Numbered from the whole stretch's first letter, positions 1-12,799 are shown. The stretch is 58,241 bases of DNA, filler included, from Stramenopiles sp. TOSAG23-2 (GCA_900128395.1; 6 parts of 6 records of this genome joined end to end with filler, not necessarily neighbours in it), one strand, 5' to 3'. Numbers and translations are program-made. The notes: generated by a model from the sequence alone, not told the origin.

Positions 1-315
1 GAATTCATCAAATGATCCACAAGGTTTTGTAGTTCAAAAGTGATTGTTATATATAGAGAGAGTACGAAAAAGAAGAACATGGTGTGTGTTATTTTTTAAA
101 AGAAGTATGCGTATGGAAAAAAAATGTACATAATTATATTATATATCCGTATGATATCATATGATATGATATCATATGATATGATACGATCGTATGTATC
201 ATACAACGTATGATATCATACTCTAAACACAAATATACGAAAGTAATAAATTTAAATAATGCGTAAATTTTAAAAACCACTGGCAGGCACATAACAACTC
301 TCTTCACCTCCACCC

Positions 316-1835
316 TCACAATGTCAAACTATTATCATTATTACTAATATTATTATCGTTGCTGCCGTGGTTTAATTTTTTCTTTTTCATCATATTATTA
401 TTGCTGCTTGTAGTAGTAGTTGTTGTAGTCGTCGTCGTCGTCGTCATCATTATTACTAATATTATTATCGTTGCTGCCGTGGTTTAATTTTTTCTTTTTC
501 ATCATATTATTATTGCTGCTTGTAGTAGTAGTTGTTGTAGTCGTCGTCGTCGTCGTCGTAATAACATTTCGATTCACGTCGTCGTCATCATTATCATCAT
601 CAGTTTTTTCTCGCTTTTCAAATAAATATAACATATTAAAATCTTCTACATCAACCATATCATTCGTATTTCCAATATTATTACTATTGATATCATTTGC
701 ATCAGCATCTTTACCATTTTGGATTTTATTATTATTATGTGGACTACTACCATATATCCCACCACATATTAACAATGGTTTAGTTGGATGTGAATCTAAT
801 CCAATAATTGGACCATTCAGTTCATCAATATTCAATGATTCGACACATTCACGTGATTGTATATTATAGACAGATATAGATCCATCTTCTGACCCAGTCA
901 TGACTTCTTTACCATTTGATTTACAAAAACAATTAAACATGGCATAATGATTACTTTTATGGTGATTTGCAAATGTACGTATACATTTCCCGGAATTAAT
1001 TTCCCATAGACGTAATGTACTGTCCATTGTACCAGCTAAGATATATTTACCATTTGGGGAGAAACGTGCACATGTAACATTAAATACACGATCATCTGAT
1101 GGAACAGATGGTACCATACTTTTCAAACACAAGCCACTCCCTGCATCCCATACACGTACAATCCCATCATAACTAGATGTAACAAATTCCGTACCATCAA
1201 AATTAAATTGAATGGATGATATACGATCACTATGAGCTTGTATTGTTTGTACACATTTTCCACTTCGAACTTCCCATAATCGAACAGTCATATCAGATGA
1301 ACCAGATGCTATTAAACTACCTTGTGGATTGCAATCAACACAAACAACGGCATCAGAATGCGAATCACGAACATTTTGTTTCCAAGATCCTAGTGTTAAT
1401 AAAATATCTGATGTTTGGCAATCCCATACTTTCACCGTGTTGTCATCCGATGCAGTGCATACATAATCATTTGTTATATGCCAAGCAGCATCGGATAAAC
1501 CACCACTATGTCCATCTTCCTTTGTACCTTTTTTTCAAATGATTCAAACGTTTAGACGTATTTACATCCCATATAATAGCTGCTTGATCAATAGAAGTAC
1601 TGCATATATATTTACCATTTGGTGAAAATCTACAAGATGTAATACCTCCATCGTGTCCTTCAAATCGTTTTTGTTGTAGATAATATTTGTAGGAGGAGGA
1701 GGAGGAGGAGGATGTTGTTGTTGCATTATTATTATTTATCTGATCTTCGACTATGATGCGTTTACGTTTTTTAATTTGTTGATTTACATTATTATTATTT
1801 ACATTTGCATCGTTTTGCGTTATTTTTGTTGGCAT
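316..1835 (-). CDS. WDR5/Swd3-like WD40 protein (reconstructed ~468 aa; one frameshift plus a 3' duplication)
   Basis: WD repeats GHDGGITSCRFSPNGKY, GHSGGLSDAAW, HSDAVVCVDCNPQGSLIASGSSDMTVRLWEV and AHSDRISSIQFNFDG resemble WDR5. Removing one base from the T7 run at 1529-1535 joins the two ORFs (LKKGTKEDGHSGG). Collapsing the 112-bp duplication gives the C-terminus NDNSLTL* with the stop at 316-318. Confidence 0.85.
334..557. repeat. Exact 112-bp tandem duplication at the WD40 3' end
   Basis: 334-445 is identical to 446-557. Confidence 0.95.
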
Positions 1836-2173
1836 CGTTTTAATATGACACAAATTCAACAGAGAAGGGATTAATCTTATTTTATTTTGATCTTGTTGTA
1901 CTGATGTTGTGATTATATTTGCTCTAATTTTTCTTTTCCCTCTTCTCTCTCTCTCTCTCTCTTACAAAACAACACATATATATATATATCGATATGTGTA
2001 TATACATATATACAGATACAAGATATAACAAACAAATAACTAAACATAGATATAGATATATAATACATATTATATTTATCAGATTATAAACAAAGAAATA
2101 ATTTATACAATAGTTAATTTAGTTTAGCATTATATAAAGTAAAAAGAAAAAGGAAATACAGAATAATAAAATC

Positions 2174-2788
2174 ATGTTTCGTAATACATTTCAATCAGGG
2201 TTTTTATCCATATTATACAGTATCGGTAGTAAACCATTACAAATCTGGGATAAGAAAGTACGTAATGGACATATCAAAAGAATTACAGACTCTGATATCC
2301 AAAGTAGTGTACTTGAAGTTATGGGAACAAACGTTAGTACCAACTTCATCACATGCCCAGCAAACCCACAAAAGACATTGGGAATCAAATTGCCATTCTT
2401 GGTTATGATTATTAAAAATCTTAAAAAATATTTCACTTTCGAAGTACAAGTACTTGATGATAAAAATGTAAGAAGACGCTTCCGTGCATCCAATTATCAA
2501 TCCACCACGCGTGTGAAACCATTTATCTGTACCATGCCTATGAGACTTGACGAAGGATGGAATCAAATTCAATTCAATTTATCAGACTTTACCAGACGTG
2601 CATACGGTACAAACTACATCGAAACTTTACGTGTACAAATTCATGCTAATTGCCGTATCCGTCGTATTTACTTCTCTGACCGTTTATATTCAGAGGAAGA
2701 ATTGCCACCAGAGTTTAAATTGTTTTTGCCAATCCAAAGAAAGGAGGGTGGTGAGAAACCTCCACAACAAGAGCAACAACAACAATAA
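2174..2788 (+). CDS. CFAP20: Cilia- and flagella-associated protein 20 (Bug22)
   Basis: Near-invariant sequence [25 protein letters not shown] ... [24 protein letters not shown]. Confidence 0.98.
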   Translation: MFRNTFQSGFLSILYSIGSKPLQIWDKKVRNGHIKRITDSDIQSSVLEVMGTNVSTNFITCPANPQKTLGIKLPFLVMIIKNLKKYFTFEVQVLDDKNVRRRFRASNYQSTTRVKPFICTMPMRLDEGWNQIQFNLSDFTRRAYGTNYIETLRVQIHANCRIRRIYFSDRLYSEEELPPEFKLFLPIQRKEGGEKPPQQEQQQQ

Positions 2789-3486
2789 AAGAATTATTAT
2801 TATACAAAGTGACGACGATGACAACAACGAAGAAGAAGAAGAAGAAACGTATAAAGTAGAATATCAGAAGAAGAGGAAGAACTTAAACTTAGTAGTAGTA
2901 GGTGGTTGAAGACGTGTAGGTTGATATGTGATGAGAGCGAAGCATATATTACTTGTGATAGTATGATGATGAAGAGCAGAGACGATGACAACAACGGCTT
3001 CGTGCAAGAAGAAGAATACAAGTAAAAGCAAATCAAATGCAAAGAAAAAAGCAAAAAAGAATGAATAGTAAAAGTGTGTTAGAATAAAAGGTAGACAAAA
3101 TGAAACTGCGAGAGGGAAAAAAAAAATCCATATATACCGGTGTTAGTGTGGTGCTGTGTGAGAATGTAAAACAAAGAATTGAAAAAAAAGAAGGAGCACA
3201 AAAATATGGTTTTATATAAAAGAAAAGATGTGGGGAGGTGTGTGCGTACGTGGCAGACTTTTAAAACAAGAGAAGATAGCATAATATAGATTTAACACAT
3301 TTTATGTATTATTTGAAAATATACCCTCTTTTACATATGATATATCATCTCAAAATATAAAAATATTTTTCTTAATATCTCTCGCTCTCTCAACGTCAGC
3401 TAACCGCTAACGTATAATATATCATCATTTTTATAATGCATATAAAAAAATATGATATTAATTAAATATAAAATATCAACCCACAT

Positions 3487-4812
3487 TCATTTCTTCTTTA
3501 AACTAGCAACTAACTCATTAAATCTAGCAATACATTCATTACGTGTACGTGTACTAACAATTGAAGCAATTTTATCCCATCGATCGTTTTTATCCATAGC
3601 TTTTGGTACTGTACGTAAACCATGTTCCAATCGTTTCTGTTCAATTTCAGTCCATGGTTTTGTTTTCATCATGTTTAAATCATTGTTATTATTTTTATTA
3701 TTATTATTATTTGCTTGCATTTTCACATTATTATTATTATTATTTTTTCGAACGGTTTTCATTTTCAACTTTTTTACCCTTTTCACTACTTGATCTTCAT
3801 CACGTGTAGCAATATAATTACTTATACAACCCCAGCGATTTGGTGTTCCACTAGGAAATTTTTTCATGCCTTTTATTAACAATGCATTTTCCTCCGCTGA
3901 CCAATCGCCATGATTTATACCAAATTTACCACGTGCTCGGTTGTTTATACCTTTTGAATTATTCATATTTATTTTTCGTAATTTTTCTTCCAATTTTCTT
4001 TTCTCCTCTTCCGCACCAGGTGGGGCATCAACACTCCAAGTATTTTCAGCCTCTTTTTGTTTTTGTAACCTTGCTTGTTCTTCTTGTCGTTGGCGTTTTT
4101 CTGCTTTTGTTTTTTCTTTCTTTTTACGTTGAATTGCCAATTTTTCTTTTTCCTCCTCGGAAAGTTCAATTGGCTTTGCATTTTTCGATGCAACTGCATC
4201 TATTGCAGCTTGTTTTTTTGCTTGTTCTTTTCTAATTTTACTTAAATATTTATCACGTATATTCATAATAAAAGGATAGGCACCACCAATAACAATAGTA
4301 AAAACGATGGCCCAATTTAAAGGTGTATCTTCTACACCGGTTCCATGTCGATTAAATGCATCTTGAAAGTTTCTAAATCCACCACTTCCATCATCATAAT
4401 TACCTTCATCATATTCTTGACGCTTTTCCTCATCAGATAATACTTCATATGCATTTGCTAATTCAATAAATTTTTCTTCCATTTCTTTTTTTTTATCTTC
4501 CGGATGTTTATCTGGATGCTATATATTTACATTAAGAGTTAGAAAAACAGTTATTAAAGGGAATTAATATGGTTATATATATATATATATATATAGCCAT
4601 TGCTAACTTACAAATTGTCTGGCTAATTTTCTATATGCACGTTTAATTTCTCTATCAGTTGCTGATTTTTCAATTCCTAAAGTTTTATAAAAATCTGGAT
4701 ATGCAATAGAAGCACCTTTTACTAATTGTATTTCATTATTAAATGATATGAAAAATAAAGGAACAAAAATAGAAAAAATAAAGAAACGTAATCTTTGGAA
4801 ATGATTGTTCAT
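3487..4812 (-). CDS. DNAJC1/ERdj1-like protein (signal peptide, J domain, TM segment, two SANT/Myb domains); 2 exons, 410 aa
   Basis: Exon 1 is 4812-4612 and exon 2 is 4518-3487. The GTAAGT...CTAAC...TAG intron (4611-4519, 93 nt) splices to give LARQF|HPDK. TM segment WAIVFTIVIGGAYPFIM; SANT motifs WSAEENALL and WTEIEQKRLE. Confidence 0.9.
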
Positions 4813-4923
4813 AATAAAATATCTAATTGTATTTCATTATTAAATGATATGAAAAATAAAGGAACAAAAATAGAAAAAATAAAGAAACGTAATCTTTGGA
4901 AATGATTGTTCATAATAAAATAT
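4722..4923. repeat. Exact 101-bp tandem duplication spanning the DnaJ start codon
   Basis: 4722-4822 is identical to 4823-4923. Confidence 0.95.
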
Positions 4924-5462
4924 AATAAGACACAATGGTTAAGTATTCAAATGATGATGATATGGATATATCTCTAGTTGTATCTCTAGTTGTATTCCTC
5001 TTCCATATGATAGAAATATACAATCACATCAATAAATAGATATTAGTAGATGATTATAATTATTATTTCTTCCATCAACAATTATTTTCAATTATTAATA
5101 CAGGAGTGCAGGAGGAATTCCCTATCAAAACCCCATTTTAATAATATTCTAATAAGCATACTGGTTCCTTTTTTAAAAATGTTTACCTTTTGCTGTGCAC
5201 TGTGCACCTGTATTATTTTAATTCATTGTTAATAGTTAATACCAGGTACAAAGAAAGGGCCACCAACATTACTGTATTATTACAGTATTGTACCTGTTAA
5301 TAATTATTGGTAATAAACACAAAGCTAAGCACCAAAATTTATAATAATAATAATACATATATATACATCATATTCAGAAATATGTTTGATCGATTTAAAA
5401 ATACAACTATATTTTTATGATATATTATTATAAATACGCTATCTAACAAAGCAAATCCGACC

Positions 5463-6675
5463 ATGCCTGTGACAAAAAAAAACAAATTATATATTGTCCA
5501 TCAACCACCAAAATCAGGTGAGCAAGGAACTATATTATTAAAAGGAGCTGATTTGAGAATAGAAGATGGAATATCCAATAGATATATTCGTATAAAAAAA
5601 ATTATATATTGTCCATCAACCACCAAAATCAGGTGAGCAAGGAACTATATTATTAAAAGGAGCTGATTTGAGAATAGAAGATGGAATATCCAATAGATAT
5701 ATTCGTATAAAAAGAACTATGGAAAAAATTAAGAAGTCTATTGTCCCTATTGTCAAAGCACCACAGCCAACATCAATGGAGGCAAAAACAACCCTAGCAT
5801 CGCCAATGCCTGAAGTTGCTACTAGAAAGTCTTTACGTAATGCAGAAGAAAGAAGCAACAACGAAGTAGCAATAAACGAAACAAAAGATAATAATAATAA
5901 AACACAACCTGGGATGACTAAGAAAAGAAAAAGGGTTACAAACTTTAACCCCAACCAATTGAAGGGGGCGAATACTATGAAGGGATGGATATTACAAGAT
6001 TATTTCCATGAAACGGAAAAGCAATTTAATATAGTGAAGTTATTGCCAGCAAAAGTTATCAATTTTAATCCACCTACGATAAGAAAATATGATAAATTCA
6101 AATTTGGTATAAAATCTGCAACTTCACGTATTGCAAGTACATTTGAAGAGATATTGAAAAAAATAAAAGATGCTCTAGATGTCAAGGAAGTGCAATATGG
6201 TTTATCATGGTTAGAGGCTGTGACATTTGAAATATTTTCTACTATTGATGAAATATTTAAAATTCATTCGCCATTCGCTTGCGCTGTATTGAATGGGTTA
6301 ATGTATACATGGGAACGTGTATTTGAAATAGGATCAATGATTTGGGATGTAAATAGGCAACCAAAATTTACAAAAGGTGGTGATATTAATTGGAAAAAAT
6401 CAAACCACCAGAGAAATTTGTTATATTTACGATTTTCAGATAATAACCTTGCAGTAAAGCCTGAATATATAGATATGTTCCGTGTATGGTATTCACAAGC
6501 TTTTTATACATTGCAAGCAATGGTTTGGCGTTGTCATATTCAAAATAAGAATGATAATAATGATAATAGTAGTTCCAGTAATGGCACCAATTCTGTTGAT
6601 AAAAATGCTATGAAAGACGACTGTATAAATAAGTTGGTAGAGACTGTGACAAAAGTGAAGGCAATGAAACCATGA
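5463..6675 (+). CDS. Hypothetical protein (~365 aa after collapsing the 5' duplication)
   Basis: The ATG at 5463 (MPVTKKNKLYIVHQPP...) is in frame with the 5668-6675 ORF once one 115-bp copy is removed. No family recognised. Confidence 0.7.
5484..5713. repeat. Exact 115-bp tandem duplication just after the start codon
   Basis: 5484-5598 is identical to 5599-5713. Confidence 0.95.
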
Positions 6676-6807
6676 AATTAAATTTTTTTATGGTAATGGC
6701 ACCAATTCTGTTGATAAAAATGCTATGAAAGACGACTGTATAAATAAGTTGGTAGAGACTGTGACAAAAGTGAAGGCAATGAAACCATGAAATTAAATTT
6801 TTTTATG
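6578..6807. repeat. Exact 115-bp tandem duplication spanning the stop codon
   Basis: 6578-6692 is identical to 6693-6807. Confidence 0.95.
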
Positions 6808-6981
6808 GCTGCACGTATTCGCATAAAATATAGTATGACCCGATTTTTCTGAGAGAGGCTTTCCGTTGTCAAATAAATATTTAGTATACTAATAAGTACA
6901 AATTGCACATATTTTACTATCAAACCTCGTGCATTATAATTCCTAGATCTCCCAAAAAATCATGAATTTTGGAAAATTTGT

Positions 6982-7762
6982 GACATTTTTATTTTTAATC
7001 CAAGAAGATGGCATAAACGCACTCTGGAAATTGAGCATTTTTGTAAAGGGCACGACGGTGATTTTATACATATAAAGAATATTTTTTTTGATCAACAGAA
7101 AGTGAAATGACACAATGGTGAAGTTGTACATCTAATTAAGTAATCCATCACAAAAACATTTACATTTGTGACATTTTCACACATTCCCATCATATTTACA
7201 TGTTTTTTTTTATTTTTTAATTATGTTTTTTTCCCCTCAAATATTGGTTGAAATCTCTGGTCTAAGTACGGAGTAGTTGTATACTAGAGATATTTACCTA
7301 TATAATATGTTATTTATCAATATCGGCCAGAAAAGTCCTCTCTCAGATACATGGGGTCATATATGAGATATGACGACATACGACATTTATATATTTAATC
7401 CAAGAAGATGCCATAAACGCACTCTGGGAATTGAGCATTGTAAAGGGCACGACGGTGATTTTATACATATAAAGAATATTTTTTTTGATCAACAGAAAGT
7501 GAAATGACACAATGGTGAAGTTGTGCATCTCCATTAAGTAATCCATCACACAAAAGTTACATTGGTGACATTTTCACACTTTCCCATCATATTTACATGT
7601 TTGTTTTTTATTTTTTAATTATGTTTTTTTCCCCTCAAATATTGGTGAAATCTCTGGTCTAAGTACGGAGTAGTTGTATACTAGAAATATTTACCTATAT
7701 AATATGTTTTTTATCAATATACGGCCAGAAAAGCTCTCTCTCAGAAACACCGGGTCATATAT
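6982..7762. repeat. Diverged ~400-bp tandem repeat (two copies; third partial copy at 9597-9651)
   Basis: CAAGAAGATG occurs at 7001 and 7401, with scattered substitutions and indels between copies. GGGCACGA(C/T)GGTGATTTTATACATATAAAGAATA recurs at 7048, 7445 and 9597. Confidence 0.92.
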
Positions 7763-7865
7763 ATAAAAAATATAAAAATTTTCTCTTACACATAATTATA
7801 CTTGCACTTCGTATTTTATTTTGCTTTTTTTTTAAATATTTCATATATTTTTTACATATTATATT

Positions 7866-9451
7866 TTACTTTTTTTTACCACCACCATCACTACCGCCTT
7901 TTCCTCGCAATTTATTGTAAATTTCTAATCGTTGTGAAGCATCAATTACTTGTCCTTTTCGCTGAACTTTATATGCAGCTGGTGGGTTGTTTTTCAAAGC
8001 ATTTTGTGCTGCTATCAATAATTTCTTCGTTTCATTAAATATTTTTTTCATTGGAATAGCTTTAACTTTTTTCTTTCTCAAAGATAATTTAGAAAAAACT
8101 TTACCAAAATCTAATGCATTTCTAATCGTTGTGAAGCATCAATTACTTGTCCTTTTCGCTGAACTTTATATGCAGCTGGTGGGTTGTTTTTCAAAGCATT
8201 TTGTGCTGCTATCAATAATTTCTTCGTTTCATTAAATATTTTTTTCATTGGAATCGCTTTAACTTTTTTCTTTCTTAAAGATAATTTAGAAAAAACTTTA
8301 CCAAAATCTAATGCATTAAATGTCGTCGCTGCATTATCTGGTGCTTGACTAACACAAACAAATACAGCAGTAAGCGCTTCACCTGTCAAGGATTGACTTA
8401 ATAACATGACAAGGTCAAACATATAGTTGCGAAAGGAAAATTTATGTTTAGATCTTCTAGATTTAACTAAATCACGCACTGCACATCCCAACATGGTTAA
8501 TGAATAATTCACTAACATTCCTTGAAATGAAGTTTGAGTCGCACGGTAATCTGAATCCCCGTGTGCATCTTTCATTTTCTCACTACCAGCTAAATCTACG
8601 AATTGAAACCTGGAAGTAGATAAAGTATCATCATTTGGATTGTAACAATACAATTTCAAGACGACAAAGCAATGGGATCTGCTACTATATTGATTTAATC
8701 CTGTCCCTACCGTACATCTTTCTGCAATTCCACTAAAGAAACGAAATAAATCTTTATCATTTTCTAATTGCAATTCCTCCATACCAAACATTTGTGCTGG
8801 TTTTGATACTCTATCAATGCAAACACCATATTGTGTTGCTCTTCCCATTAAGTTACCCAACCCCGGATCAGTATGTTTCTTATTAAGCATATCTTGATTA
8901 CCAAGCATCATGCTCAGTTCAATAGCATTTGCAGTTAAAATATATTTCTTACTTCCTGATGATGATAATTGTTTAAAACGAGAAAAAATTTCCAATGCGG
9001 CACGAGGGAAAATGCCATAGTCTTTGCAAATGGACGTACCATAATCTCCGCGTCCAGCGCGTTCCATTATCCCTGGCGTACCGAACATTGTATGTGTCTT
9101 TCCTGTTCCAGTTTGCCCATACGCCATCACATTAACGTTATACCCATCCAAAAATGCATCTATTCGTCTGGGCAAAAAAAAATTATACAAAGCTTCATTA
9201 TCTGTTTCAGGTGGAATCACATGATTCATATAATCAAAACTTTTTCCATTTATTTTCCCAGCAACAATATCAATTCTCCCACCACCACCATCTCCATTTT
9301 TTACAGCGCTTTGATATCGAAGTGCTGCTTGGCCATCCTGCATACCAAAACCAGATTTTTCTACTCCGCCGCCACCAGCTCCTATAGGTTTTACACGAAC
9401 AATTGCGAGGCCACCATCATCGTCTTCCGTTAGTTGTTTTCTTTTGGACAT
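7866..9451 (-). CDS. Divergent kinesin motor protein with short tail (~462 aa after collapsing the 3' duplication)
   Basis: P-loop AYGQTGTGKTHTM, switch I SSRSH, switch II FVDLAGSE. The true C-terminus RLEIYNKLRGKGGSDGGGKKK* is restored by removing one 197-bp copy. Confidence 0.93.
7921..8314. repeat. 197-bp tandem duplication at the kinesin 3' end with two synonymous differences
   Basis: 7921-8117 vs 8118-8314 differ at GCT/GCG (Ala) and TTG/TTA (Leu) in the kinesin frame. Confidence 0.93.
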
Positions 9452-9604
9452 TATATATTATTGGGCACGACCTGCATACCAAAACCAGATTTTTCTACTC
9501 CGCCGCCACCAGCTCCTATAGGTTTTACACGAACAATTGCGAGGCCACCATCATCGTCTTCCGTTAGTTGTTTTCTTTTGGACATTATATATTATTGGGC
9601 ACGA
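9337..9604. repeat. Exact 134-bp tandem duplication spanning the kinesin start codon
   Basis: 9337-9470 is identical to 9471-9604. Confidence 0.95.
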
Positions 9605-9651
9605 TGGTGATTTTATACATATAAAGAATATTTTTTTTGATCAACAGAAAG

Positions 9652-9751
9652 NNNNNNNNNNNNNNNNNNNNNNNNNNNNNNNNNNNNNNNNNNNNTTAAT
9701 TAATTAANNNNNNNNNNNNNNNNNNNNNNNNNNNNNNNNNNNNNNNNNNNN
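9652..9751. other. Artificial contig linker
   Basis: 44 N + TTAATTAATTAA (stops in all six frames) + 44 N. Confidence 0.99.
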
Positions 9752-9848
9752 GGCTGGGCTGGCTGGGCTGGCTAACAAGAACAATAGTCTAATTAGTATC
9801 TACAATAATTTTGAAAAAGATGGTGGTGTCACCTCTGGAACGGGTGCG

Positions 9849-12242
9849 ATGAATGAAAGTCTTGTAATGCAATCTACTCCTAAAACAGTTGATAAATCGT
9901 TAGCACAAACATATCGACCACAAAACGTGAAACCGGAAACGCCATCATCGATACATATTAAAAGGACTGGCAGTGTTGTCATTGACTTCGACAAACCTAC
10001 GGCTGTTGGAAGTAATTACAGTAGGAATAGCATTAGGAACCCGCAGCAGCAAGAGGTGATACATCAAAGTGAGATGAAACACGGATCTTCTTCTTCTTCG
10101 GCAACTAGAAATCCAACTTCATACAACAACAACAACAACAACAGGCGTGGTATTATGCGGGACGGTCAATCACTGCGAAAATCGAGTTTAGAAACCAGTC
10201 ATAGTAACAATAAGAAATATAATGATAGTAACATTGCAATAAATACGAGTCGTCGTGTCACTTTAAATGATCAAAATAAGACGTATTCAAAAAACAATAA
10301 TTTAAAAGCAGAGAAGCAACGTGCGCTAGGAAGATCGCTTAGAAAAGGTAACAATGACAACAACAACGATAATAATAATAAAAAGACTTATGGTAATAGT
10401 AGCTTCAATCCAGCATCAAGAGCAAATATGGCTAGTGGTACCTCCAAATGGGCATCACGTTCTTCTCGTCCATTTTCTAGAAAGACAAAAGAAGATGTTA
10501 AACGAGAATTGGATAAGAAATTAAAAGAAGAATGTACGTTTAGACCAAAAATTAATCCGATGCCAAGCACATCCAAATTGGCAAATGAAACGCGAGAGCA
10601 GCGTTTGAAACGATTGGCAGAGGATAAATCTGCTAAGATTGCAAGGAGGGAACAAAATCGTGTAGCCAAAGAACAAGCAAATGTGAAAAAAAATTGTACC
10701 TTCAAACCAAAAACCAATAAGGTGTTTGTAACACGGAGGGATGGAAAAGTGGATTGGTCAAGTGTGGAAGACGCTGAACGATCGCGTGTTCCATTACAAG
10801 ATCGATTGCATCATGAAGCTGATGAACGTGCTGCAATGCGTGAGAAAATGAAACGAGATCTGGAAGCACAAGAGATGTCATCATACCCATTTAAACCTAG
10901 TATCAACCCACGGTCCAATGCAATATTGAATATGAATGCATACAAACCAATACACGAGCGAATTGAGGATTTACAAAAAGCAAAACTTACCGGTTTACAT
11001 AAACGGCGATTGCAAACCCAAAAAAATAATCCTGATCTTACATTTCAACCAAAAATTAGCAAGCAGAGTAGACAATTAGTTGCATCCAGGCGCAGAGAAA
11101 ATGCTGATGATGTAGATGCATCAAATGTAACTAAACGTCTTGTGATGGATGCGGAGGAGAAGATAGATAGAGCGATGACAAGGAGGAAAGCATGGGAAGC
11201 GGAACAAAGAAAGATATACACATTTCAACCACGTGTGAATGATACTAGTAGAGCAATCGTCGCCAATTCTGGTGTGGACGATAAATCGTTTTTAAAGCGC
11301 CAAGATATGCTAGCGGAACGTGCGGCGGCTCGTGAAAAACGCTTAAAAAAAAAAGCAATGTTGGAAAACGAATGTACGTTTAAACCAGAAATTGGAAATG
11401 CAACTGCTGTTCTTCAACATACAAGGCCACAACGCTTAAAAGAAAGTGATATGGAGCGGGTAGAACGGCTATCCCGACAAGACCGACTAAGAGTAGAAAA
11501 ACGTAGACAAGCAGCACAAGAGCAATATTACAAACAATTTTCACACCAACCTATTATCAATGAAATTTCAAGCAATTTAGCAAGGTCAAAAACTGTTGAT
11601 GAAATGGCTAGTAATAAATTTGCAAAGAAACGGATGGATGAACGAATAAGGAAGCGCGATGAAGAGTTAAAGCAGCAGTGTCCATTTGAACCAACCTTTG
11701 TCGAGACCAGAATTGCATCCAATTATAGAGACAAAGTATCAGAAAATAAAGGTAGGGCAACGGTTTTAGATCCAGATACGATTATTGAAAAAATAGAAAG
11801 AAGTAGAGAACGAAAACAAATGAAAATAGAAGAAATAACACATCAAAATCAATATGATGAATATAAAATGTGCACTTTTCAACCTTCAATCAATCGCTCT
11901 CGTCCTAAAAAAGGTAATGGTCCAGTTGTTGTCAAAGGTTTTGGGCGGTTCCTTGAATTGAAAGAATTAGCAAAGAAAATTGAGGAAGAAAAATCAGCAC
12001 GTGAAGATCGTGCATTTATGGTTGAAAATTCACGGTATCGATCAGGTAACCGTACGGTTCCCAAACCGTTTAAATTAAGCGGTAAAGGCCGTGCAAAGCG
12101 TAGAAAAGAATTAGAAGCAAAAATTAGGGCAGAAGAATTAAAAGAATGTACATTTAATCCAAAAACAACAGAATCTAGGAATAGGAAATTAATCAGTGAA
12201 TTATTAGCTGATGAGGATAGTGAAATAGAATTTGAAATCTAG
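9849..12242 (+). CDS. Basic coiled-coil repeat protein with ~9 (E.C)TF.P.IN motifs and a TVPKPFKLS motif; probable microtubule/ciliary protein
   Basis: ECTFRPKIN, NCTFKPKTN, YPFKPSIN, LTFQPKIS, YTFQPRVN, ECTFKPEIG, QCPFEP, MCTFQPSIN and ECTFNPKT; T.P.PF.L resembles TPX2/FAM161-type motifs. The frame is open back to the contig start, so the N-terminus may be incomplete. Confidence 0.7.
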   Translation: MNESLVMQSTPKTVDKSLAQTYRPQNVKPETPSSIHIKRTGSVVIDFDKPTAVGSNYSRNSIRNPQQQEVIHQSEMKHGSSSSSATRNPTSYNNNNNNRRGIMRDGQSLRKSSLETSHSNNKKYNDSNIAINTSRRVTLNDQNKTYSKNNNLKAEKQRALGRSLRKGNNDNNNDNNNKKTYGNSSFNPASRANMASGTSKWASRSSRPFSRKTKEDVKRELDKKLKEECTFRPKINPMPSTSKLANETREQRLKRLAEDKSAKIARREQNRVAKEQANVKKNCTFKPKTNKVFVTRRDGKVDWSSVEDAERSRVPLQDRLHHEADERAAMREKMKRDLEAQEMSSYPFKPSINPRSNAILNMNAYKPIHERIEDLQKAKLTGLHKRRLQTQKNNPDLTFQPKISKQSRQLVASRRRENADDVDASNVTKRLVMDAEEKIDRAMTRRKAWEAEQRKIYTFQPRVNDTSRAIVANSGVDDKSFLKRQDMLAERAAAREKRLKKKAMLENECTFKPEIGNATAVLQHTRPQRLKESDMERVERLSRQDRLRVEKRRQAAQEQYYKQFSHQPIINEISSNLARSKTVDEMASNKFAKKRMDERIRKRDEELKQQCPFEPTFVETRIASNYRDKVSENKGRATVLDPDTIIEKIERSRERKQMKIEEITHQNQYDEYKMCTFQPSINRSRPKKGNGPVVVKGFGRFLELKELAKKIEEEKSAREDRAFMVENSRYRSGNRTVPKPFKLSGKGRAKRRKELEAKIRAEELKECTFNPKTTESRNRKLISELLADEDSEIEFEI

Positions 12243-12799
12243 CTAAAATAAAGAATAAAAAAAAAGAAAAGTTGGTGTTAATGGTAGAATTGCATTGCCG
12301 GGATTTTTTAATACTCGTAGATTTTGCAATTAATTGGCATCACATTTGTAAAATTAATTGTTTTTTTTCCTGCTGTGCGTGTTTCTGTAATTATATTCCC
12401 TCCCTGCAGCCCCCCCTGTTTTTTTTATAATAATCCTTAATAATAATTTCAATAATAATGTAGCTATTATTAAATATTAATACTCTCTGGTGATAAAATG
12501 TACTGTAGCAGATAATATTATACATGTTACAGGTAGCGAGCTACAGTATAATAGCTCCAGCAAATGTACAGGAAGCCAGGAAAGCTGGAAAGCAGAGGAG
12601 ACGACAGACCATCACTAAAAATACGTTTTTCAAAAATAAATAATATGAAATATAATAATTTAAATATGGTATGCATAAATTGTGTCTACCTTCAGTATAG
12701 AATTGGATGTATCACTTTAATACAAGAACTGTAAGTCGATTTTATCATAAACTTAATCAAAACTGTTAATAGTTATCAGTTTCAACGCCCATCTTTTGA

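Noticed and set aside
145-220. Palindromic ATGATATCAT repeats
   Set aside because: Low-complexity simple repeat with no other support.
471-869. Hydrophobic antisense and overlapping ORFs (this one and many similar in the track)
   Set aside because: Shadows of poly-Asn/Thr/Lys codons in real genes on the opposite strand or in another frame.
9752-9773. GGCTGGGCT repeats at the start of contig 2, echoed near 19236-19341
   Set aside because: Too short and degenerate to call telomeric or terminal inverted repeats.
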